Virus record (IMG/VR): IMGVR_UViG_3300037478_000050
Location: 1 to 45,537 of that record
Strand: one strand, 5' to 3'
DNA length: 45,537 bases
Origin: a virus
Taxonomy: Duplodnaviria; Caudoviricetes
Under the pieces are notes generated by a model. It saw only the letters and a program-made list of their open reading frames with translations. It was not told the origin of the DNA and did not search any database. The first letter of the stretch is position 1. The number at the start of each line of letters is the position of its first letter. Both the position numbers and the translations under genes were made by a program. Shown here piece by piece: positions 9,253-16,667 of this stretch.

Positions 9253-9549
9253 TTATTTCGATTCGTGAATGATGCGCAGCGGCCCGTCATCGGCCCCCGT
9301 CGCCTCAATCTGCTGCTTCGGCTTGCCGTCAAGACGGTCAGCTAACTCGGCCACGGCTCCAGGCCAAGGGTCGCCCTTCGTGTAGCTCGGGCCACGCATT
9401 GCGGCCTCGACAACTGTTTCGGCGATTATTTCCAAGGCGTCTGCTTTTGCCACAAGAGATTTCTTTTGAAGAGCGCGATCCACCGCCGCACGCCAAGGCC
9501 GATTCTTGACCGCGTTGTTGTTGCCTGGTTGCCCGCCGATGTCAGCCAT
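9253..9549 (-). CDS. Terminase small subunit (putative)
   Basis: Likely start MADIGGQPGNNNAVK (GGQPGN.NA is typical of TerS N-termini), C-terminal DRLDGKPKQ.IE.TG.D.GPL; upstream of terL. Confidence 0.65.
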   Translation of the reverse strand: MADIGGQPGNNNAVKNRPWRAAVDRALQKKSLVAKADALEIIAETVVEAAMRGPSYTKGDPWPGAVAELADRLDGKPKQQIEATGADDGPLRIIHESK

Positions 9550-9648
9550 TCGTAACGAACCTATCGTCTTGTTCTCATTGATAGGGCTAGGCTTATACGC
9601 CGAGGGAAGGCGCATGGCAAATGAGGGCTTCTGTTGTGATTTCGACAG

Positions 9649-9838
9649 TGACCTACGAAACCTACGAAACCTACGATTCGGAGGCTTTCGGTGGAATCCC
9701 AGGAGGGAGCGCCTCAAGCGCGAACCTCCGGTTCGGGATGCCCCCTTAGGGGCACCCGTTTCGCCGTAGGTTTCGTAGTAATAGAATCAGAGACTTACGA
9801 ATGGCCTCCGAAACGCTATTTTCACGTTTCGTAGGTCA
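9649..9838. repeat. Iteron/palindrome cluster, putative replication origin
   Basis: ACCTACGAA x3 in tandem (9651-9676, third copy 8/9 nt); inverted copies at 9765-9778 and 9827-9838; hairpin TGCCCC-CTTA-GGGGCA at 9739-9754; IHF consensus match AATCAGAGACTTA at 9785-9797; lies right after the helicase gene. Confidence 0.6.
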
Positions 9839-10918
9839 GATAGGCGGTGAACGAAGCCACACGTAATCGTTGTGCATAGCAGCATGCCCAGATGCCTGAA
9901 GCCCAAGTACGGCCTCGTTGACCCTCTTTTTCACCTGCCACGGCTTGAGAGTCGGGTACAAGCCAACCATGCGTTCGCACAGCGCGTTGAAACTGGCCGT
10001 CAATACGCCATCAGGAATCACGCTGGTGCCGCCTGTGCGCTGCCCAGTCTCAGCTATGAGCGGACGTAGGTATTCAAGGACGAGGCGCTGATTCTTGCCC
10101 AAGCCCTTCAGGTTTGGCTTGCGCGGGATGTTCGATCCTTCGTGGCTCAGGATGCAGGTTGTGAGTTCGTCACCATCGGAATCGGTGCCAAGGTCTATGG
10201 GTTCCAAGCTGAACGGAAACTGCTCACCGGCTACGCCATCGCGCACCTTTTCTACGACCGCTAGGTGATCTGAGATGCGTAGCACGCAGTCGGCGGCGGC
10301 GAATAACGAGCTGTGGCCGCGCGCGCCTTGCTCTATGTTCTTGCCTGAGTGGTGAACAAACGTTGTGCTGGCCTTGAATGTATCCCGTAAATAATCAGAT
10401 ACGCTCACGGCCTCCGTGATGTCCTTGGCCGAATTCTCGTCAGCGCCTGGGATTGAGCGGCTGAGTGTGTCGAACGCTACTAAGCCTAATGGAAGCTTGG
10501 CCTTATCCTGCATTTCCAGTAATTGCTCCGCAAGCACGGCTACCGCCATTTTGTCCAACAAGCTTGGGCCGCGTGTGAGGATCGCTAACGGGAGTTGATC
10601 TGCTGCTTCGCTGATGCGCTGGTCACGCCAGCCGATGAAACGCTTGAGAATTGAGCCACCGGCCTCCGAGGCCACGTAGACAACCAGCGATTGATTGACT
10701 CTGCGGCCTCGCCATGTCGCGCCGGTTGCTATGTGCTGCGCAATGTCTGCAGTGAAAAACGATTTGCCTGAGCCACTTGGGCCGTAGATGATGCTGAATG
10801 AGCCTTGGTCGATAAGACCCTTGACGAGATAGCGGCTATTGAGATCGAGCTGCGCGTCTGAGAGCCACGTTACGGGGAAGCGGCGCTGCGCTGGCGGTTC
10901 TCCATTACCTTTGGCCAA
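9836..10918 (-). CDS. RepA-like AAA (AAA_25 / SF4) replicative helicase
   Basis: Walker A GPSGSGKS, VVYVASE, Walker B VAFDT, DENS, VHHSGK and ARGHSSL motifs; TTG start with GGAGG RBS. Confidence 0.88.
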   Translation of the reverse strand: MAKGNGEPPAQRRFPVTWLSDAQLDLNSRYLVKGLIDQGSFSIIYGPSGSGKSFFTADIAQHIATGATWRGRRVNQSLVVYVASEAGGSILKRFIGWRDQRISEAADQLPLAILTRGPSLLDKMAVAVLAEQLLEMQDKAKLPLGLVAFDTLSRSIPGADENSAKDITEAVSVSDYLRDTFKASTTFVHHSGKNIEQGARGHSSLFAAADCVLRISDHLAVVEKVRDGVAGEQFPFSLEPIDLGTDSDGDELTTCILSHEGSNIPRKPNLKGLGKNQRLVLEYLRPLIAETGQRTGGTSVIPDGVLTASFNALCERMVGLYPTLKPWQVKKRVNEAVLGLQASGHAAMHNDYVWLRSPPI

Positions 10919-10946
10919 TGTGCCTCCGTAAAGGCTATTAAGTGGT

Positions 10947-11011
10947 GCGGCTATCCAGTGTTACGGCACTGGCAGGGGCGAGGCCGGGGAGGCTACGGTC
11001 CTTTTCGCCGC
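10947..11011 (-). ncRNA. C4/CI-like structured antisense or leader RNA upstream of the helicase
   Basis: Closing stem GCGGC/GCCGC with two internal hairpins. Their loops (GCCUCC and CCGUAA) are complementary to UUACGGAGGC covering the helicase RBS (10922-10931). Confidence 0.55.
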
Positions 11012-11016
11012 GTGTA

Positions 11017-11223
11017 TTAGATGCTACCGCGATCCAGCCTATCGAGCAATGCGGCTTCGGTCGCCTGCTGATTGGCGATAGCCTCGATCAATGGCTCAAC
11101 CTCAGCCAATAGCCTCTCGGTCTTCAGGTCGAGGAGCGCGAGGAGCAACATAGCGTCAAGCGGGAGCTGCGTGTCGAGGGGGAGCGGCGGCGTTTCCCTG
11201 CTAGGCGCACTTGGGCTTGACAT
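11017..11223 (-). CDS. Hypothetical protein (probably leaderless)
   Basis: 68 aa, Leu-rich; first gene of the leftward replication unit; ATG lies just downstream of a predicted -10 box. Confidence 0.55.
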   Translation of the reverse strand: MSSPSAPSRETPPLPLDTQLPLDAMLLLALLDLKTERLLAEVEPLIEAIANQQATEAALLDRLDRGSI

Positions 11224-11260
11224 GATCCCGCATCTTGCGTTAGCTTGCGCGGCATGTCAA
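11217..11260. promoter_or_regulatory. Overlapping bidirectional sigma70-type promoters
   Basis: Plus strand: TTGACA 11217-11222, 18 nt, TAGCTT 11241-11246. Minus strand: TTGACA 11260-11255, 17 nt, CAAGAT 11237-11232. Bounded by the inverted repeat TTGACATG/CATGTCAA. Confidence 0.65.
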
Positions 11261-11430
11261 ATCCCAAGGTTGATCCTGCTGTCTCCGCTATAGCCCGCGC
11301 CCTGGGCGCTCGCGGTGCCTCCAAGGGCGGCAAAGCTAGGGCGCGGCTGCTGTCGAAATCTAGACGCTCAGAAATCGCCCGCATGGGCGGCTTGGCTGGT
11401 GGGAACGGTCGGCCTAGAAATAAAGCTTGA
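11254..11430 (+). CDS. Small basic KGG-motif protein (possible nucleic-acid-binding regulator)
   Basis: MSNPKVDPAVSAIARALGARGASKGGKARARLLSKSRRSEIARMGGLA; 58 aa; apparently leaderless. Confidence 0.7.
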   Translation: MSNPKVDPAVSAIARALGARGASKGGKARARLLSKSRRSEIARMGGLAGGNGRPRNKA

Positions 11431-11455
11431 CACGGAAGCTTGCCCGTGCAAGAAT
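11427..11455 (+). promoter_or_regulatory. Sigma70-type early promoter with an internal inverted repeat
   Basis: TTGACA-17 nt-AAGAAT with an extended TG; CACGG...CCGTG inverted repeat overlapping the -35 box and spacer; AGGAGG RBS and the early operon follow. Confidence 0.65.
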
Positions 11456-11476
11456 GGGCTATCTACAGGAGGCCAC

Positions 11477-11680
11477 ATGGAAACCAAGATCAGCAAAGAC
11501 ATCGACGGTAACACCGTGAAGGTTGGAGATCGCCTGATGTGCGTAGATGCGGGCGCGAGCTTTCACCGCCTGAGCGCCGGAAGCGTCTACACAGCCGAGG
11601 CCGCTTACAACGGCGAGCCAATCGTGAATGTCAGCGGCGCTTATCACAGCATCGACCGCTTCCGTTTGGAGGTAGCATGA
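11477..11680 (+). CDS. Hypothetical protein
   Basis: METKISKDIDGNTVKVGD...; 67 aa with AGGAGG RBS. Confidence 0.7.
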   Translation: METKISKDIDGNTVKVGDRLMCVDAGASFHRLSAGSVYTAEAAYNGEPIVNVSGAYHSIDRFRLEVA

Positions 11681-11964
11681 CCAAGCACACACCCGCAACG
11701 CCGCTCAATCTCAGCGATGACGATTTCAGCGAGCTTGACATTGCTGCGCTCAAGGATGAGGTCGCAAATCTGCGCATCTTGCTGGAACAATCAAAAAATC
11801 AATTTGCCGCGCTTCGTGACCGGGAACAGTCAATCCGCGCCGCTAACGTCATTCTCGCGTCCGCGCTGGAACTCGTAATGGATCACGACGGGAAACTCAC
11901 AGGAAGCGACTGGACGGTGATTCGCTGCGCACTGGAACGCAACATAAAAGTGAGCGCGCGATGA
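11677..11964 (+). CDS. Hypothetical coiled-coil protein
   Basis: MTKHTPATP...; GGAGG RBS; ATGA overlaps at both ends. Confidence 0.65.
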   Translation: MTKHTPATPLNLSDDDFSELDIAALKDEVANLRILLEQSKNQFAALRDREQSIRAANVILASALELVMDHDGKLTGSDWTVIRCALERNIKVSAR

Positions 11965-12185
11965 AACCCGACACTCGCCCCGGCCCGCAAGCGAAGTACT
12001 CCAAGCACATCAAGGATTGGGGGGGCGGCATGAAAACGACAGTGGCCGAGCGCGACCGCTTAAAGGTCATCAACACCAAGTTAATAGCGGCGCTGAAAAC
12101 AGCAGCAGATGAATTGAAGATGGCGCGTTACTTCAATGCAGAAAAAAACGCCCGCGCCCTTCTGCGCGAACTCGGGGAGGAGTAA
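11961..12185 (+). CDS. Hypothetical protein
   Basis: 74 aa, translationally coupled. Confidence 0.6.
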   Translation: MKPDTRPGPQAKYSKHIKDWGGGMKTTVAERDRLKVINTKLIAALKTAADELKMARYFNAEKNARALLRELGEE

Positions 12186-12439
12186 TGCGCCAAGTCGCCA
12201 CGCACCGCACCGCCATCCTCTTCGCCGCCATCGCGCTGGCGTTGTTCGCGGTGGGGAGCTGGCGAGCGGAGGCGCGCTCCAAGCAGCGCGTAACCGTCGA
12301 GGAGCGCATCTACCACTACGCAACGGTGACGCCAGAACTGCTGTGCCAGAAGCTCCAGCGTGGTAAGTGGCTCCGCCTCGCCATCGCGCAGCAGGCCGAT
12401 GGCAGCGGCAACGCATGGGTCATCAAATGCGCTTACTGA
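12185..12439 (+). CDS. Hypothetical protein with N-terminal hydrophobic/signal segment
   Basis: 84 aa; GGAGG RBS; AILFAAIALALFAVG segment. Confidence 0.6.
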   Translation: MRQVATHRTAILFAAIALALFAVGSWRAEARSKQRVTVEERIYHYATVTPELLCQKLQRGKWLRLAIAQQADGSGNAWVIKCAY

Positions 12440-12503
12440 ATGCGCCGCGCCGTGGCACTGCATACCGCAGGGATTCGCGTCCGAGCCACGGATGCGGCGC
12501 ATT
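12439..12503 (+). other. Intergenic structured element (long stem with two small arms)
   Basis: AATGCGCCGC/GCGGCGCATT and CCGTGGC/GCCACGG stems enclose the hairpins CTGC-ATACC-GCAG and GGA-TTCGCG-TCC. Confidence 0.5.
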
Positions 12504-12535
12504 TGCCAACACCAACTACTGATAGGGGAAAGAAC

Positions 12536-13084
12536 ATGCTGCTTGAGAAAGTGGAAATTCCAGAGGGCAAGCAAGGGCATTGGACTGTGGAACGCTTCGA
12601 GATTCCGAAAAACTCGCTCGCGTTTACCTACGGGCATCGTGCACCTCAACCTGGAATCTACACACGCCTGCTTCGTGGCGGGCATTGCGTTATGAGCGAC
12701 ACGGACGCCGAGATGCGCGACCACTGGGAAGCGGTGCGTAGGGCAACGGGGCACATTCTCCTGAACGGCCTTGGCATCGGCATGGTGCTCAAGGGTTGTC
12801 TCAAGAAACCAGAAGTGACCAAGGCCACGGTGATTGAGATCGACCCTGACGTTATCGCGCTGGTCGCTCCGCACTATACCGATCCGCGAGTCGAGATCGT
12901 CTGCGCCGACGCCTACGCCTACCAGCCGCCCAAAGGCGTGCGCTACGGCATGGTGTGGCACGACATCTGGAGCGACATCTGCTCGGACAACTTGGAGGGC
13001 ATGGCAAAGCTGCACCGCAAGTACGGTCGCCGCACTGACTGGCAAGGCTCGTGGTGTCGGTGGGAATGCGAGCGCGGACGATAG
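12536..13084 (+). CDS. Spermidine-synthase-like / class I SAM-binding protein
   Basis: ILLNGLGIGM (motif I), TVIEIDPDVI, DAYAY and WHDIW; likely start at MLLEKV. Confidence 0.75.
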   Translation: MLLEKVEIPEGKQGHWTVERFEIPKNSLAFTYGHRAPQPGIYTRLLRGGHCVMSDTDAEMRDHWEAVRRATGHILLNGLGIGMVLKGCLKKPEVTKATVIEIDPDVIALVAPHYTDPRVEIVCADAYAYQPPKGVRYGMVWHDIWSDICSDNLEGMAKLHRKYGRRTDWQGSWCRWECERGR

Positions 13085-13124
13085 CCACAGTGTTAGATAG
13101 CAGCAATAACTCAAGGAGCAAGGC

Positions 13125-13634
13125 ATGAAACTGATTGAGGCAATGAAGAAGATCAAGGAACTGTCTGTGAAGGCGACCGACCTGCAAGCCAAGGTTGCGA
13201 CGCATTGCGCGAACCTCGACATCGAGACGCCGATGTACGCCGACCCCACCGGGCAAGTGAAGGAGTGGATTCAGGCGCATGGGGACATCCTCAAGGAAAT
13301 CCTCAAGCTCCGCGTCTCCATCCAGCGCACCAACATCGCCACGATGGTATCCATCGAACTCGGCGGCGTTCAGGTGTCCAAGTGCATCGCGGAATGGGTA
13401 CACCGCCGCCGTGACTTGGCGAAGATGGAGATGGACGTGTGGGCCAAGCTCGGGGATCGCGGCCTGCGTGAAGGCGCTATTGCATCCACCGTGGGCGGCG
13501 AGACGCGGCTGGTGAAGATCGTCCGGCACTTCGACCCGAAGGCCAGGGATGAGAAGATCGACCTGTACCGCAGCGAGCCGTCGAAGATCGACGCAGCGCT
13601 AGAAGTGGTGAACGCAGTAACGGATTTGACCTAA
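13125..13634 (+). CDS. Coiled-coil protein resembling the DIP1984/DUF6847 family
   Basis: MKL.EA N-terminus, I.RTN..T, RRD and C-terminal ID..LE..NA.T.L pattern recalled for that family; AAGGAG RBS. Confidence 0.6.
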   Translation: MKLIEAMKKIKELSVKATDLQAKVATHCANLDIETPMYADPTGQVKEWIQAHGDILKEILKLRVSIQRTNIATMVSIELGGVQVSKCIAEWVHRRRDLAKMEMDVWAKLGDRGLREGAIASTVGGETRLVKIVRHFDPKARDEKIDLYRSEPSKIDAALEVVNAVTDLT

Positions 13635-13636
13635 AA

Positions 13637-13932
13637 GGATTGCCGACGCGCAGAGATAAAAACTGACATAAACGGAACGCTACTCGATGGCGATATATCG
13701 GGGCCGCTCGAAAGAGCAACCAACTGCCAATTGGAGCATTACTCGGGCATAGCCCGAAAACCTTAAAGGCTCAAGGATCATGTTGAAAGGTAGCAAGGCT
13801 CCTCTACGGCAAGGTTGCACGGTGCAAGGTAGTAAGTCTAGGCCGGAGGAAACACGGCAAATGACCAGAGACAAGTTCAGTTTTTCCGTATCGCGTCAGA
13901 ACTTCTCGGGCTTCCTGCTCGGGCGGCAATTT
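13637..13932 (+). ncRNA. Putative large structured ncRNA (about 295 nt)
   Basis: 338-nt gap in an otherwise gap-free operon. Closing stem ATTGCCG/CGGCAAT; long-range 9-bp AAAAACTGA/TCAGTTTTT; GCTC-GAAA-GAGC GNRA hairpin; TCGGGC-ATA-GCCCGA hairpin; periodic AAGG tract. Confidence 0.6.
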
Positions 13933-13972
13933 TGCTTCGCTGTGTAAGGTTGAGGACGAATAGAGAGCAGCA

Positions 13973-14608
13973 ATGAGAAAAGAGATTATCGGCAACGCGA
14001 CGCTGTACCTCGGGGATTGCCTTGAGGTGCTGCCGTCGCTGTCGTTCGATGCCGTGGTCACTGATCCGCCATACGGAATCGCCTACAGGCACGGCGCGCG
14101 CTTCGGCGGCAAGCTGATGGGGACTGACGGCATGGCAATTGCCGGGGACGACCAGCCTTTCGACCCATCTCCTTGGCTGGCCTACGAGTGCCTGTTTTGG
14201 GGCGCGGAACACTTCAAGGCGAGATTGCCGGATGGTGGCCGGTGGCTGGTCTGGAACAAGCGCCGCGCCGGGGTTGTGCGGGATCAGGGCTGCGTCGAAA
14301 ACGCATGGCATTCGGTTCAGGGCGTTACCAGAATCTTTCATCACCCCTGGGATGGGGCGGATTTGGGCGTAGAGCGCGACCAGCCGCGCGTACACAGCAA
14401 CCAGAAGCCCATCGCCCTGATGCAGTGGTGCCTGTCGTTCACGCACGCTCAAACGATCCTAGACCCATTTATGGGCAGTGGGACGACCGGGATTGCCTGC
14501 CAGCGTGAAGGTAGGCGGTTTATTGGGGTCGAAATTGACGAGGCCCACTTCAACAGCGCCTGCGAGCGCATCACGAACGCCCAACGCCAAGAGAGGCTGT
14601 TCGCATGA
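13973..14608 (+). CDS. N4-cytosine/N6-adenine DNA methyltransferase (beta class)
   Basis: LYLGDCLEVL, DPPY catalytic motif, H..QKPI.LM and ILDPFMGSGTTG. Confidence 0.92.
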   Translation: MRKEIIGNATLYLGDCLEVLPSLSFDAVVTDPPYGIAYRHGARFGGKLMGTDGMAIAGDDQPFDPSPWLAYECLFWGAEHFKARLPDGGRWLVWNKRRAGVVRDQGCVENAWHSVQGVTRIFHHPWDGADLGVERDQPRVHSNQKPIALMQWCLSFTHAQTILDPFMGSGTTGIACQREGRRFIGVEIDEAHFNSACERITNAQRQERLFA

Positions 14609-14826
14609 GCCAATCCCGCAAGATGTCGCTGGTCGAGAGCATCGCCAACATCGCCATCGGCTATCTAGTGGCCTTGACCGCGCAGCTTATCGTGTTCCCG
14701 TTGATGGGCATCCCGGTGAGCCTGTCGCAGAACATCGTCATCGGCGCAATCTTCACGGTCGTATCGCTCGCGCGGAGCTACGTGCTGCGCCGAGTGTTCA
14801 ATAGATTATCTTCGCGCTACTACTGA
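14605..14826 (+). CDS. Small two-TM phage membrane protein
   Basis: MSQSRKMSLVESIANIAIG...FTVVSLARSYVLRRVFN, a family commonly found beside phage methyltransferases. Confidence 0.75.
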   Translation: MSQSRKMSLVESIANIAIGYLVALTAQLIVFPLMGIPVSLSQNIVIGAIFTVVSLARSYVLRRVFNRLSSRYY

Positions 14827-14839
14827 GAGGAGAAAGGAC

Positions 14840-15127
14840 ATGAAGCCGATGGAAGCGAGCGCGGTCTACGCCAAGGCGGCAAAACTGATGGAGGACGGCT
14901 ACGCTTGGACAGGAGGAAGTTGTTGCTGGGCGATCCAGCTTGCAAAGAATCCTGCCTTGATGATTGGAAACTCCAGAGGGGACCCGCATTGCAAAGCCAT
15001 GAAGGCGTTGTACGCGCCTCGTTCTGGCGAAGCGTACTGGATGGGCGATCCTAAAGATGCCACCGCCAACAGCGTTCGCATCCTCGCCCTGTGCTTCATG
15101 GCTGCAATCACCGGCCGCCGTAGGTAA
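14840..15127 (+). CDS. Hypothetical protein
   Basis: 95 aa; GAGGAG RBS; C-terminal RILALCFMAAI. Confidence 0.65.
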   Translation: MKPMEASAVYAKAAKLMEDGYAWTGGSCCWAIQLAKNPALMIGNSRGDPHCKAMKALYAPRSGEAYWMGDPKDATANSVRILALCFMAAITGRRR

Positions 15128-15148
15128 CACCAACGAACGAGAGGAACC

Positions 15149-15667
15149 ATGAACACGATTACCGAGATGGAGCACCGCAAGGCCACGTTACGCGCCGAGA
15201 TGAGGCTGGAAGAAGAACGCCACGCCAAGGCAGTCCAGGGCTTCAAGGACGAGTTTCGGATGGCCGAGGAGAGAATCCAGATTGCGTCCGGCAATCTTGA
15301 CGAGGCGGCAATCATCCTAGCCGAGCACGTTATGTACGTCGGGGGTCTGTACTGCAAGGCCGGAGATGATCGTGACGCGGCGTTAGCAAACGCCAAAGCG
15401 CAGATTCTTTCTGGCGGTGGGACTCTGCGCGTGGAGTACCAAGGCACCAAGTCCTATGACCGTTGGCGCGGGCAGTGGATCGCATGCAGCTACGGCATGG
15501 GGCCGAGACATGGTTCCACCATTTTCGAGATCGGGCTTACAGACCCTATCCGTAAGAGGGAGCAAGACCCTCTGCTCACCGGAGATGAGATCGAAGCGTG
15601 CCTGTATTACTTGAACAACTTGGAGCGTATCCAAGGTGCGCGCGAGAAGGCGAAGCAAGCCGCGTGA
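15149..15667 (+). CDS. Hypothetical protein
   Basis: 172 aa; GAGGA RBS; GTKSYDRW.GQ...YGMGPRHGS.IF.IGL segment. Confidence 0.7.
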   Translation: MNTITEMEHRKATLRAEMRLEEERHAKAVQGFKDEFRMAEERIQIASGNLDEAAIILAEHVMYVGGLYCKAGDDRDAALANAKAQILSGGGTLRVEYQGTKSYDRWRGQWIACSYGMGPRHGSTIFEIGLTDPIRKREQDPLLTGDEIEACLYYLNNLERIQGAREKAKQAA

Positions 15668-15707
15668 CCCTTCGCCCTATCTTCGGCAGCGCGAAGCGGG
15701 AGGAACG

Positions 15708-15947
15708 ATGAAAAAAGACGGCGGGCCAGCGTTTCCCAATTCATCGCCCATCGTGTTTGAAGGGCGCGATGTTGTGCGCGTAGCAGATGGCATGTCCCTG
15801 CGTGACTACTTCGCGGCGGCGGCCATGCCACTCGTTGCGCTCGGTTTGAAAGACACGCCTTGTCCAGCAGGTATGACACTCGGTCAGCACGCTGCGCAAA
15901 TCGCCTACGCCATCGCCGAGCGAATGCTCGCGGAGCGCGACAAGTGA
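15708..15947 (+). CDS. Conserved phage protein (GGPAFP / GMSLRDYFA family)
   Basis: MKKDGGPAFP...GMSLRDYFAAAAM...AYAIAERMLAER; GGAGG RBS. Confidence 0.8.
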   Translation: MKKDGGPAFPNSSPIVFEGRDVVRVADGMSLRDYFAAAAMPLVALGLKDTPCPAGMTLGQHAAQIAYAIAERMLAERDK

Positions 15948-16219
15948 AACGCTCTGCGTGTAATACCCCACTGCACCCAGACAAGACGCGCAAGTTGCGC
16001 GAGTGGATTGTCAGAAGCGGTGGCGGTCGGGCTAAGGTCATGGCCCGCACCCCGTTCACGGCTTGCGTGAAGGTCACGAAGGCTGGAGCGCTGCGCCACT
16101 TCGGCTGGATCATGCAAGTGGACTCGAAAGGAGTTGAGCGATGCTATTGCGGAACGAAAAAGGTGTTCCAGGCAGCGGGGAAGGCGTGGCCCAAGAACAT
16201 GCCGAAGTGGCCCGTATGA
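15944..16219 (+). CDS. Hypothetical basic protein
   Basis: GTG start in a GTGA overlap; 91 aa. Confidence 0.55.
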   Translation: MKRSACNTPLHPDKTRKLREWIVRSGGGRAKVMARTPFTACVKVTKAGALRHFGWIMQVDSKGVERCYCGTKKVFQAAGKAWPKNMPKWPV

Positions 16220-16404
16220 ACGATCCCTCTGAGGCACTACAGCCAGAGCAGGTCGAAGCTCTCAAGGTATTCGACACGAACCCACGCAAATCCTTTCAGG
16301 TTGAGGATGGGCCGGTCGTTTATTTGAGCGACCTGTGCGACCTAGCTGCGAAAGCGTTGCGGTCGGAGACACCGGCGGGCGGGACGGCGAAGGTGAAACC
16401 ATGA
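16216..16404 (+). CDS. Hypothetical protein
   Basis: MNDPSEALQPEQV...; ATGA overlap. Confidence 0.55.
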   Translation: MNDPSEALQPEQVEALKVFDTNPRKSFQVEDGPVVYLSDLCDLAAKALRSETPAGGTAKVKP

Positions 16405-16667
16405 AGCTATCAAGGGAAGCCGCCGCTGGATTGGACAGGTACGTGAACAGCCCTTTCCGCCGCAAGAAGTACACCGGAAGCCTAGACGTACTGGCTATTG
16501 AGTGGGCGATCAGCCTGCTTGAAATACATCAAGGCGTGCAGGTTAATCCGAATAGCCAGATGTGGCTGGATAGGCTGCGAGCCAATCTGCACCATCACAA
16601 GCTAGATCAGCAGCGCGCCACACCTTCGCGCAATGGCAACGACAGCGAGCATGGAGGGGCGAGATGA
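16401..16667 (+). CDS. Hypothetical protein
   Basis: MKLSREAAAGLDRY...; ATGA overlaps at both ends. Confidence 0.55.
   Translation: MKLSREAAAGLDRYVNSPFRRKKYTGSLDVLAIEWAISLLEIHQGVQVNPNSQMWLDRLRANLHHHKLDQQRATPSRNGNDSEHGGAR

Noticed and set aside
9550-9717. N-terminal extension of the terS ORF (RRFRRFRR)
   Set aside because: It is a translation of the 9-bp tandem repeats; the motif-supported start is ATG 9549.
12439-12503. Possible tRNA gene
   Set aside because: Only two small arms, with no anticodon arm or canonical D and T loops; kept only as a structured element.
12128-13249. 373-aa minus-strand ORF
   Set aside because: Antisense to well-supported plus-strand genes that have RBSs and family motifs.
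13764-13838. CRISPR-like or TIGR-like array
   Set aside because: Units are 7-8 nt with no spacers of guide length, and no Cas or Nop-domain protein was recognised.
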